Shown: one piece after another, positions 1-8,616 of the stretch
Position numbering within the stretch: position 1 is the first letter of the stretch
Layout of the letters: each line of letters opens with the position of its first letter
Source: an uncultured virus (IMG/VR IMGVR_UViG_3300036715_000865)
Lineage: Duplodnaviria > Heunggongvirae > Uroviricota > Caudoviricetes
IMG/VR virus record: IMGVR_UViG_3300036715_000865
Length of the DNA stretch: 64,000 bases
Strand: one strand, 5' to 3'
Notes under the pieces: model-generated
What the model was told of the DNA's origin: nothing
What the model saw: only the letters and a program-made list of their open reading frames with translations
The model's database searches: none
Translations under genes and position numbers: made by a program

Positions 1-1170
1 CATGGCTGGAATTTTCTATCAAATATTTGTAAGTTAAGAGGTTTTGATAAAGTAGCAACTGAAGTGGATGATTCAACATTTCAAAAAGCTATCGAAAAGA
101 AGGGTGCATTTATGGTTAATCGTGGTTTACAAGGTCACAACAATAGAACAGCGCAAGATTTATTAAAAGACTTTACGAAGAATGACGATTGCTTCTATGG
201 TAGAATAGGAATGTATGGCGCTGGAATATATGGCGCTGTCAATGAGAGTAAGAAAAATCCACCACCAGATAATCATAATTATCATATTGCTTTTGAATAT
301 GCAGGATATCAAGACAGTGGGGTTATGGACATTTGCATACCTTCTGATGCTAAAGTAATTTATGCTCATGAACTAGACTCTATGATGTCAGAAGAGTTCT
401 TTGGTTCAGAATTCAAAGAACTTAAAGGAAAGTATGACGATGCAAAACAGGCTGTTTATGATTTAGAAAAGAAACAGGATGAAATTGAAGAAAAGATAGA
501 AGCTACAACTAAAGAGAAAATGGGGTGGAATGAGGCTGCATTTGATGAACTCAACAATGTTAATGGGAAGGATGGAGATTATGGTTATGAGAAATTTTCT
601 GATTTAAAAAAGAATGGATTCAAGAAAGCTGTTTCTTATTATACAGATTTAGTTAAGGATTTAGCAGGTGATGTCAAGAAAATAAATGATAAGACTTACG
701 AGATATCATTACCTCATACTTCTGAAAAATTCATACTAAATGAAGGAATAGCTCAGAGGAGTGATATGAAATTGAAAAGTTCTCAACACATTGCTTACAA
801 TCTGCATTATAAATATTTACAACAACATATAATTGATAATCATTATTCTAAGATAAACGAGACAGTGAAAGACAGAATAACATCTGAAAAGAAGTCTAGT
901 AAGGAGATGATTGATATCAAGGATGAAATTAAGCAAAATAAAGATTTGCTTGACAAAATGACACATGAATTAAATAAGGTTAAGGCCAATGGTAGTTCGG
1001 GTGTAAGTAAAATTATGGCTGATATTGCTAGCAGAACAGGAGGAGAGGCAAGAGGATTCTATGCTGCAATAAAGGGGTATGACGCTATTATTCAGAAAAA
1101 TGGATGGGGAGGTAAAACTGACTTTGCCGTCATAATAAACAGAAGTAAATGTTTAGTTCGTAAAAAATAA
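1..1170 (+). CDS. 5'-truncated ADP-ribosyltransferase (ART)-fold-like protein in head morphogenesis region
   Basis: Frame is open from base 1. Motifs VNRG...GMYGAGIY...AFEYA...and C-terminal GYDAI...AVIINR resemble phage ART-like domains, interrupted by a long coiled-coil insert. Lies just upstream of the prohead protease. Confidence 0.5.
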   Translation, partial: HGWNFLSNICKLRGFDKVATEVDDSTFQKAIEKKGAFMVNRGLQGHNNRTAQDLLKDFTKNDDCFYGRIGMYGAGIYGAVNESKKNPPPDNHNYHIAFEYAGYQDSGVMDICIPSDAKVIYAHELDSMMSEEFFGSEFKELKGKYDDAKQAVYDLEKKQDEIEEKIEATTKEKMGWNEAAFDELNNVNGKDGDYGYEKFSDLKKNGFKKAVSYYTDLVKDLAGDVKKINDKTYEISLPHTSEKFILNEGIAQRSDMKLKSSQHIAYNLHYKYLQQHIIDNHYSKINETVKDRITSEKKSSKEMIDIKDEIKQNKDLLDKMTHELNKVKANGSSGVSKIMADIASRTGGEARGFYAAIKGYDAIIQKNGWGGKTDFAVIINRSKCLVRKK

Positions 1171-1173
1171 GTT

Positions 1174-1584
1174 ATGGAATATTTTGTAAATGAAGAAGGT
1201 TTGAGTATTGAGTCTCAAAAACAAAGAAATAAGCTGGCAGATTTGAGAGTTGGAAAGATAACCAGAACTTTAGCAGATGAACAGGCAGGTTCTTTGTTAC
1301 CATTTAAAAACGCTGAATTTCCGTTAGTTAGTGATTTAGATTATTCATCTTTCTCGAAAGAGATAATGAAAGAATTGTATTTTGATGATTTACCTAAGTC
1401 GATAAAGATTACAATTATGAAGGCAGAACAAATACAAGTTCTAACTGATTCATTTAGCAAATACTTAATTTCTAAAGATATTAGCACTTCTCAATTCAAA
1501 TCAAAGAATAAAGAAGATAAATTGGATATAATGTACAATTGGTTATTTCTAAATAAACTAGATATTGGTGTCTTAGAATTGTAA
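1174..1584 (+). CDS. hypothetical protein
   Basis: 136-aa ORF starting 3 nt after the previous stop; no recognised motif. Confidence 0.7.
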   Translation: MEYFVNEEGLSIESQKQRNKLADLRVGKITRTLADEQAGSLLPFKNAEFPLVSDLDYSSFSKEIMKELYFDDLPKSIKITIMKAEQIQVLTDSFSKYLISKDISTSQFKSKNKEDKLDIMYNWLFLNKLDIGVLEL

Positions 1585-1588
1585 CTTT

Positions 1589-1598
1589 ACAGATATTA
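1589..1598 (+). promoter_or_regulatory. candidate late promoter motif ACAGATATTA
   Basis: Identical 10-mer in the intergenic gaps before both the protease and the major capsid gene. Confidence 0.35.
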
Positions 1599-1618
1599 TT
1601 GAGATAAAAATACCTTAC

Positions 1619-3142
1619 ATGAATAACAATTTTAAATTTTTCTGTCCTGTCGGTGTCATTCAAAAAGCGAAAGACAAAGAAGGGAATGAAATAATGAGAT
1701 TAGGAGGAATTGCCTCAACCATGGATAAAGATTCAGATGGAGAGTTTCTTGACCCTACTGGTTTTGATATTTCAGAATTTAAAAAGTCAGGAGTGATAAA
1801 TTGGCATCACCAATCCAAGAATAGTCCATCTGCTATCATTGGAGAGCCTCATAAAGCTGAAATACGTAAGGATGGTTTTTATGTTGAAGCAGACTTATAT
1901 CCAAATTCAAAATTAGCCCAAGAAGTTTACGAAGTTGCTCAAGTAATGGCATTAGATTCTAAGACAAGACGTCTTGGATATTCTATTGAAGGAACTGTAG
2001 TTGAGCGTGATGAGGATAATCCTAAAATCGTAAAGAAAGCAATTATAACAGGATTAGCAATAACTCACATGCCTAAAAACGCTCAAACGTTTGCTGATAT
2101 AATTAAAGGGAAAGTTTTAGTAGATGATGAAGAGGAGAAATCCTTAACCACTGAAAGTGGAGGTGCTTTGAAAAAAGAATCTGTAGACAGCGGAAAGTTT
2201 AAGATTAAGAAGATGAGTTCTAATACCAGATATGACAAAATATTTGAAACTTATCCAGGTATTAGTATTGAAAAAGCAGATAAGCTAAATGATTTATTCA
2301 CCCAAATACAAGAGAAAATGCTAGGTAAAACAATAACAGATGCCGATATTGAAAAGGCTATCGATGTTCTTGGATTAGACCTTAATGATAATCCATTTAT
2401 CGAAAAGGCTAAGAAATCTAAAAATGTTTCTGAAATGTCAGCAGATGAAATTGCGGAAAACGTCACCAAACAACAATTTGGTAATGAGGACTCAGATGAA
2501 GACGATGACGATGAAGAAGAGACAGAAGATGAAGAGACAGAAGATGAAGATGAAGATGAAGATGATGACAACGTAGAAAAAGATTTGTCCACTTCAAACG
2601 CATCACCAGGAACTGGTTCGACTCCTTCAAAAATACAAAAGGGAAAAAAGGAAAATTCCTTAGTTAAGGCAATTAATGATTCTGTTGAAAAACAATCTAA
2701 AGAATCAAGAGCCTTAGCAACTCTTATCAAGGCTCAGATGGGACAAACTGATTTATTGAAGGGTCAAATAGCAGAGCAAGGTTCTGCATTAGAGGCAACA
2801 AAATCTGAATTAGCTGAGACACGTGAGTTATTAAACAAAGCTCAAGAAACAATTGGACAGTTGGCAGGAGCCACTCAAGGTCGAAAATCTATAACTAAAG
2901 GATTCACTGAGCGCAACTTCGGAGAAAACGGTGAGAGGAAACAAAACGATGGAGGAACTATTCTTAGTAAGTCCAGAGATGCTGCCAGAATCTTACAAAT
3001 AATTGATGAGTCTACATTTGAGAAAGGTGCATATGACCAAGAATTTGGAGATGCTACAACTTCATTCGAAGCTACTAAACAATTACCGATTAATGTTATC
3101 CACAGACTGAAATTGGAAAAAAGAATCAGTATTGTCGACTAA
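1619..3142 (+). CDS. prohead protease fused to acidic/coiled-coil scaffold region
   Basis: N-terminal HK97/Herelleviridae-type protease motifs (GIAST..KDSDGE, INWHH, LGYSIEG, AIT..P.N). C-terminal acidic tract and coiled coil. Directly upstream of the capsid gene. Confidence 0.85.
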   Translation: MNNNFKFFCPVGVIQKAKDKEGNEIMRLGGIASTMDKDSDGEFLDPTGFDISEFKKSGVINWHHQSKNSPSAIIGEPHKAEIRKDGFYVEADLYPNSKLAQEVYEVAQVMALDSKTRRLGYSIEGTVVERDEDNPKIVKKAIITGLAITHMPKNAQTFADIIKGKVLVDDEEEKSLTTESGGALKKESVDSGKFKIKKMSSNTRYDKIFETYPGISIEKADKLNDLFTQIQEKMLGKTITDADIEKAIDVLGLDLNDNPFIEKAKKSKNVSEMSADEIAENVTKQQFGNEDSDEDDDDEEETEDEETEDEDEDEDDDNVEKDLSTSNASPGTGSTPSKIQKGKKENSLVKAINDSVEKQSKESRALATLIKAQMGQTDLLKGQIAEQGSALEATKSELAETRELLNKAQETIGQLAGATQGRKSITKGFTERNFGENGERKQNDGGTILSKSRDAARILQIIDESTFEKGAYDQEFGDATTSFEATKQLPINVIHRLKLEKRISIVD

Positions 3143-3151
3143 CAGATATTA
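3142..3151 (+). promoter_or_regulatory. candidate late promoter motif ACAGATATTA
   Basis: Second copy of the 10-mer, upstream of the major capsid gene. Confidence 0.35.
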
Positions 3152-3203
3152 GTTAGTTGTATTACAAATAAAAATAAAGTTTACAATTTAAAAAGAATAC
3201 AAA

Positions 3204-4691
3204 ATGGAAGGACTAAATTTAGCCGATTACGCAAATGCTGCTGCCAATAACGGCCAGCCGAATTTGATTGGAAGCAGTTCTAGCGAAGAATTGAACCAAT
3301 TGCAAAAAGCACTTGAGGCAGGTCAAATTACGGGCAGAGAAACAGCCAATTTGACGACTGCTGGAGGTGCTCCATTGAAAGTTGAAAGTTTGGACAAAAC
3401 TCTGAAACATTTGACTTTCAAAGAAACAGACATCGTTCTATGGAAGAACTTACCTAAGAAGTCTGCATTCAATACAGTTGAAGAATACAATCAGTTGACA
3501 TCTTACGGTGCTCTTCGTGGAGGTTTCTACAATGAAGGTGAATTGCCGAATGAAGAGGACAGTACTTACGTAAGACGTGCTCAGTTAGTGAAATTCATGG
3601 GGGTTGTTAAATCTGTGTCTCATCCGATGACATTAGTTAACACTCACATCGGAAGCATCATGGAACGAGAGATTAAGAATGGTACAATGTGGATTTTACG
3701 CCAATTGAATCGTTCATTATATTTCGGTGATGAGGCTTTATGCTCGCAAGAATTCAACGGATTCCTTGCTCAACACCAACGTAATGATGCGTGGATTAAC
3801 CTAGATGCTTATTTCAATTCTGAAGTTGTAGTCGACCTTAGAGGTTCTGCTTTGACAGAAGAGTCAATTGAAGATGGTGCGAACGGTATTATTCAAAACT
3901 TTGGTGTAGGTACTCAATTGTACGCTCCACCGAGAGTATTGAGTGACTTCGTTAAAGGTTTCTACGGTAACAAGTTTATCCAACCGAATACTTCTCAGAC
4001 TTCTGATGGTATCATGGGTCAACGTGTTCAATCGTTTGATTCTCAATTCGGACGTATTGGATTAAATTGGGATATTTTCTTTAATAAGAAGCCTAATCGT
4101 CAAAGTACTTCTGCTGCAACATCACCAAACGCACCAGCTCCAGTTGTCTCTGTATCATTGACTCCTATTGCTTTAGATGCGTCTTCAAGATGGGCTGCTA
4201 CAGACGCTGGTACTTATTACTATGCTGTTGCTTCTGTTAACCGTTATGGTGAATCTACTTTAGTTCAAATCGGTGCTGCTGCTGCTGCTGTTGTTGCTGG
4301 TGGGGCTATCGACTTAGCATTTACTGACGGTGGTGGTTCTAATCCAGCTACATCTTACGTAGTTTATCGTTCAAACGCAGGTGCTGCATCATTCGCTGCT
4401 GCAATGTTCTACCCTGTGTTCACAGTATCTACTACTGAGTTCACTGCTGGATATGACGGTGCTGCTGCTGGTGCGGTTCGTGACCGTAACAGAATGATGC
4501 CTGATATGGACCAAGCTATCCTTTTCCAAATGGATAATGAAGTGATTGAATTCGCTCAACTTGCTCCACTTATGAAAATGGATTTAGCTTTGTTGAGTCC
4601 AGCGTACCGATTCATGATTCTTTTGTACGGAACACCGTTCTTGTACGCTCCAAAGAAAATGGTTCGTTTCATTAACATCGGACGTGCTTAA
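3204..4691 (+). CDS. major capsid protein (SPO1/Twort-like)
   Basis: LKVESLDKTLKHLT, TVEEYNQ, YYYAVASVNRYGES Ig-like insert and C-terminal LAPLMKMDLA...YG...LYAPKKMVRFINI match the Herelleviridae capsid pattern. Strong codon bias; followed by a terminator. Confidence 0.92.
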   Translation: MEGLNLADYANAAANNGQPNLIGSSSSEELNQLQKALEAGQITGRETANLTTAGGAPLKVESLDKTLKHLTFKETDIVLWKNLPKKSAFNTVEEYNQLTSYGALRGGFYNEGELPNEEDSTYVRRAQLVKFMGVVKSVSHPMTLVNTHIGSIMEREIKNGTMWILRQLNRSLYFGDEALCSQEFNGFLAQHQRNDAWINLDAYFNSEVVVDLRGSALTEESIEDGANGIIQNFGVGTQLYAPPRVLSDFVKGFYGNKFIQPNTSQTSDGIMGQRVQSFDSQFGRIGLNWDIFFNKKPNRQSTSAATSPNAPAPVVSVSLTPIALDASSRWAATDAGTYYYAVASVNRYGESTLVQIGAAAAAVVAGGAIDLAFTDGGGSNPATSYVVYRSNAGAASFAAAMFYPVFTVSTTEFTAGYDGAAAGAVRDRNRMMPDMDQAILFQMDNEVIEFAQLAPLMKMDLALLSPAYRFMILLYGTPFLYAPKKMVRFINIGRA

Positions 4692-4714
4692 TTAGTATTG
4701 TAAAGTAAAACTAT

Positions 4715-4750
4715 AAAGGGGTAGGTGGGATAGTCTGCCTACCCTTTTTT
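4715..4750 (+). terminator. rho-independent terminator
   Basis: GGGTAGGTGG/CTGCCTACCC stem followed by a T-run, after the capsid gene. Confidence 0.85.
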
Positions 4751-4773
4751 GTTAAAATTTAATTTTTGAAAAG

Positions 4774-5205
4774 ATGAGTAATCAAAAAAACAAAGATGTT
4801 GTATTATTAGTGGAAGATGCTAAACAACATGGTAAAACAATGATTGTTCCTATCGCAGGAGCAATAGAAATTGATACTGACGGTAAATTTACCATCGATG
4901 ATGTAACTGCTACATTATTGCTAAATTCAGGAAGTGGTTTTAAACTTGTTGAAGGTAATGGGACTACTGTTACGGATTCTGGTAATACAGATGGAGATTC
5001 TGACGAAGATGATTCAGATAACGAAGATTCTGACGACTCAGATGATTCAGACGAAGAAGAGGATGAAGAAGATGGAGATGGACTAGACGAGTTGTCTCTT
5101 GAAGAACTAATCGGAATTGCTTCTGAAAGTTTTGAAGAGAAAAAATACAAGAAGTTTATGAAATCTGAAAAGATGATGATTCAGTTCTTGAGAAAAAACT
5201 CATAA
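4774..5205 (+). CDS. hypothetical acidic protein following the capsid gene
   Basis: 143 aa with a D/E/S tract; same position as the small post-capsid gene of SPO1-like phages. Confidence 0.7.
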   Translation: MSNQKNKDVVLLVEDAKQHGKTMIVPIAGAIEIDTDGKFTIDDVTATLLLNSGSGFKLVEGNGTTVTDSGNTDGDSDEDDSDNEDSDDSDDSDEEEDEEDGDGLDELSLEELIGIASESFEEKKYKKFMKSEKMMIQFLRKNS

Positions 5206-5218
5206 AAAACAAATTGCT

Positions 5219-6007
5219 ATGCCTCAATTCAAATTAGACATATCATACTCAAAAAATGAAGGACTGGTAATCAGTCCTTCAGAGTTGATAGACATGTACT
5301 TAACAGGGATTCCTCTTTGCTATCCTGATGGGGGCAGTATAAGTCCAGATTCTATTAAGCAGAAAATATTGTCTGCTCAAAAACAAATAGAAAACGTTCT
5401 TTCAATAAAATTAGCAAAACAAAAAGTATTCGAAACAGCTGATTTTATCAGAGAAGAGTTTTTCAGATGGGGTTATATTAAAACTGTTTTCCCTATAATG
5501 ACACCTTTGAGTTTAGATGGATATATAAATAATGTACAACAAGTTCATTATCCTAAACAATGGTTAAGTTGTATGAGAGGAACAGATACTACTAAATTCA
5601 GGAATTTGTATTTAATACCGAATACTGAAGGTGGTGCTGTAATGACCCAAAATGCTTTTGTGTTTTCAGGAATAACACCTCACATGGGGTTTTTTGGAAC
5701 TGATTTCATACCTAACTATTGGAGAGTAAATTATTGCACAGGTTGGGACAATATACCTATGGAGTTGATATCTGCTCTAGGTAAGGCAGCTGCAATTCCT
5801 TTATTAGCAATAGCTGGAGATTTAATATTCGGAGCAGGTATAGGCAATTCATCAATATCAATTGATGGTATTAGTCAAACTTATTCTACCACAAAAGGTC
5901 AAGGAGGAGCATTTGCAGGACGTATTAAACAATACACAGAAGAGTTCAACAATGAATGGCTTGAATTAAAAGCAGAGTATCGAGGTTTAATGTTCAAAAA
6001 TATGTAA
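5219..6007 (+). CDS. head-tail adaptor / neck protein
   Basis: YCTGW...P.EL, SISIDGISQTYS and FAGRIKQY motifs; syntenic with the Herelleviridae neck block. Confidence 0.7.
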   Translation: MPQFKLDISYSKNEGLVISPSELIDMYLTGIPLCYPDGGSISPDSIKQKILSAQKQIENVLSIKLAKQKVFETADFIREEFFRWGYIKTVFPIMTPLSLDGYINNVQQVHYPKQWLSCMRGTDTTKFRNLYLIPNTEGGAVMTQNAFVFSGITPHMGFFGTDFIPNYWRVNYCTGWDNIPMELISALGKAAAIPLLAIAGDLIFGAGIGNSSISIDGISQTYSTTKGQGGAFAGRIKQYTEEFNNEWLELKAEYRGLMFKNM

Positions 6008-6008
6008 C

Positions 6009-6803
6009 ATGTCTGGTCCAGGAAAAAAGGCTGTTGTTTCTACAACCAATGTTGAAGCAGTTGACCACCAAGTAAGATTTACACCGCAATTTTTCAATTC
6101 TCTCATATTCGATAAAGGGTATGAAGTATATATCGACAAAGCATTAAGATGTCCTTGTGCAGTTAAAGGAAATGGACAGGCTTTGATTAGTTGTAATAAT
6201 TGCATAGGAACAGGCTGGATTTTCATGGATAGAGTCAGCACTAGAATAGCAATACAAGGAATCAATGCTGAAGTCAAATATCAAGATTGGTCTAAACTTT
6301 CTACTGGTATGGCTAAAGTTACCGCAAGAGCGATAGACAGACTTGCTTTTATGGATAGGATAATTGTTCGTGAAGCAGAAGGATATTTCAACGAGATATT
6401 GCGACCTAGAGAACATAATGGTAAGATGACTTGCTTTACCACATATGAGATATTAGAAATAGAATCAATTATGATGTTTGATAATGATAAGTCACCCCTG
6501 AAGAGGATACCTGCTCCAGACTATACAATTGAAAATGAAAAAATAATTCTTCACAACAAATATCTTAATCAAAAAGATTTAACACTAACTATACGATACA
6601 GACATCATCTGACTTACCATATTATAGATATGAACAGAGATATAACTAAGGTAAGAACAAAAGAAGGGTGTTCGGCATCAAATGAGGAATTACAATCCAT
6701 GCCGATTAATGGAACTGCTAGAAAAGCACATTATTTATTCGACAATTTAAAATACGAAGAGTCATCCAGATTAATTGACAATACAGATGAACATACAAAT
6801 TGA
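6009..6803 (+). CDS. neck / head-closure protein
   Basis: KALRCPC...CNNCIGTGW cysteine motif and DRI motif, typical of the second neck gene of SPO1-like phages. Confidence 0.7.
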   Translation: MSGPGKKAVVSTTNVEAVDHQVRFTPQFFNSLIFDKGYEVYIDKALRCPCAVKGNGQALISCNNCIGTGWIFMDRVSTRIAIQGINAEVKYQDWSKLSTGMAKVTARAIDRLAFMDRIIVREAEGYFNEILRPREHNGKMTCFTTYEILEIESIMMFDNDKSPLKRIPAPDYTIENEKIILHNKYLNQKDLTLTIRYRHHLTYHIIDMNRDITKVRTKEGCSASNEELQSMPINGTARKAHYLFDNLKYEESSRLIDNTDEHTN

Positions 6804-7581
6804 TATAGATGATTTAATTAAGGAATTCAATTTCCCTAAGAATACAGCAGATTTCATAGTGGAATCGACTGTAGAAGAAATCACTACAGAAATTTATCGT
6901 AATTGGAGAGTTGAAGCGTCAAATTCATTGAAGTCTTCAAGAGATGAGTACATCAATAATTTAGATATAGTAAGAAATTCTCAATTCTCTAGGACTATCA
7001 TACTGCATGGCATGTTGCCGAATATGATAGAGAAAGGAATTGGTCCATTCGATATGAAAGAGAATTTCAAGAAGAGTGGCAAGGTGAAATATTCTGTTAA
7101 GACTTCTAAGGGAGGCAAGGTGACATTTTCTTGGTACTTAACAATTCCTTTTAGAATTGGAACTCCTGGTATTGTAGGTGAAAATTCTGCCTTTAGCAGT
7201 ATTATGCCTAAAGAGGTTCATTCTATTATGAAAAGCAAACCTGCTAACTCACCTTTAAAAAATGTGCCATCCCCGCATGACATACCTCAAAGTAGAGCCG
7301 CAATAGTTGTTCCTGAGGCCAATATAAATTTTCCTGAATATACTCACAAATCCAGCATTTATGCAGGGATGGTCAAAAAGACAGGAGCATATGGAAAATC
7401 AACTCAGAATACTTATCAAACATTCAGAAGAGTAAGTGAAAATTCAGACCCAAATTCTTGGATTCATAAAGGAATAAAGGCTCACAATCTAATGCAGAAA
7501 GCAGTTAGTGGAACTGATGTAAACACTATTGCTGAAAATAATGTTGATAAGATTCTTAAAAATCTAGGATATGGACAATAA
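6787..7581 (+). CDS. neck / tail completion protein
   Basis: WYLTIPFR and Y.TFRRVSENSDPNSWIH motifs; synteny. Start moved to the ATG at 6787. Confidence 0.65.
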   Translation: MNIQIDIDDLIKEFNFPKNTADFIVESTVEEITTEIYRNWRVEASNSLKSSRDEYINNLDIVRNSQFSRTIILHGMLPNMIEKGIGPFDMKENFKKSGKVKYSVKTSKGGKVTFSWYLTIPFRIGTPGIVGENSAFSSIMPKEVHSIMKSKPANSPLKNVPSPHDIPQSRAAIVVPEANINFPEYTHKSSIYAGMVKKTGAYGKSTQNTYQTFRRVSENSDPNSWIHKGIKAHNLMQKAVSGTDVNTIAENNVDKILKNLGYGQ

Positions 7582-8269
7582 TGTATCGGCAGTGTTGATG
7601 CCTGAGATTGTAATTTACAATACTCTCAAATCAATTTTCAAAATAGTTAAAGATGATTTCAATTCAGCTAGTTCTGAATCTGAAACAATACTGCATAACT
7701 TCTTTGGTATAGATGAGAATAATAACAAATTAAGTTGGGAGACATTTGATTATTTTGAACAAGCGAAAGAATTGTTCATACAAAGAGATATAGAAGTGAA
7801 TCTAGGCTATAATATGGAAAATTCAGGATTGGGGTGCGTTCACATTCTACTTCCAGAAGAAACAGGAAGAGATTTTGGTATAGGAGCAGATGAAAATTAT
7901 CAGCCGAATGTAGTGACACCAATTTCTCCTGGAGTAGACAACTATACACCTCAATATAATAAGATGTTTGATGCTAGTTATAATCTTATGATAACATCTG
8001 AAAATACCTTAGAAGTTTTGTTGATTTACAATTTTATAAAGGCTAGTTTCATAGCATTGCATTATCACTTAGAATTGAGTGGTCTGAGATTGCCTAAATT
8101 TGCTGGACGAGATGTTCAAATACAATCCGATTTAGTTCCTAGTCATGTGTTCCACAGGTCATTCAATTTGAGTTTCTTTTATGAGGTTTATGTTCCTGAC
8201 TTTTTCAGCAAACGTATTATCAGAGAGTTCGCAGTAACAGGTATTATTCAATCAAATGAAAATGAGTAG
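7571..8269 (+). CDS. tail terminator / completion protein
   Basis: MPE..IY start; located between neck genes and sheath. Confidence 0.6.
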   Translation: MDNNVSAVLMPEIVIYNTLKSIFKIVKDDFNSASSESETILHNFFGIDENNNKLSWETFDYFEQAKELFIQRDIEVNLGYNMENSGLGCVHILLPEETGRDFGIGADENYQPNVVTPISPGVDNYTPQYNKMFDASYNLMITSENTLEVLLIYNFIKASFIALHYHLELSGLRLPKFAGRDVQIQSDLVPSHVFHRSFNLSFFYEVYVPDFFSKRIIREFAVTGIIQSNENE

Positions 8270-8271
8270 AT

Positions 8272-8610
8272 ATGACAATTCAAGAATTTTCGCATAAATA
8301 TAATTTTAAGCAAACTGACAAAGTGATTGCTTCTAAAGTTTATGCTTCAACCGAAATGACGGAAGAAAAATGGGTTGATAAATTGAAAAATGAATTTGTT
8401 TTTGATTCTTCTATTTTGAGCAAGCCAAAGGTAGTTCCTGTCGTAAAGATTGAACCTGTCGTTGTAATTGTTCCTGAAGAATTGGAAGATGAAAACGAAA
8501 TTGAGCAAACAAAAGATTCTGAAGTAGAATCAGATGTGGAAACTAAGCCTACAATCACAAAGGAGGAAAAGTTGGCTAAGATTAAATCCAAATCATTTAA
8601 TAAAAAATAA
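8272..8610 (+). CDS. hypothetical protein preceding tail sheath
   Basis: 112-aa ORF tightly packed in the operon. Confidence 0.65.
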   Translation: MTIQEFSHKYNFKQTDKVIASKVYASTEMTEEKWVDKLKNEFVFDSSILSKPKVVPVVKIEPVVVIVPEELEDENEIEQTKDSEVESDVETKPTITKEEKLAKIKSKSFNKK

Positions 8611-8616
8611 AAAAGG

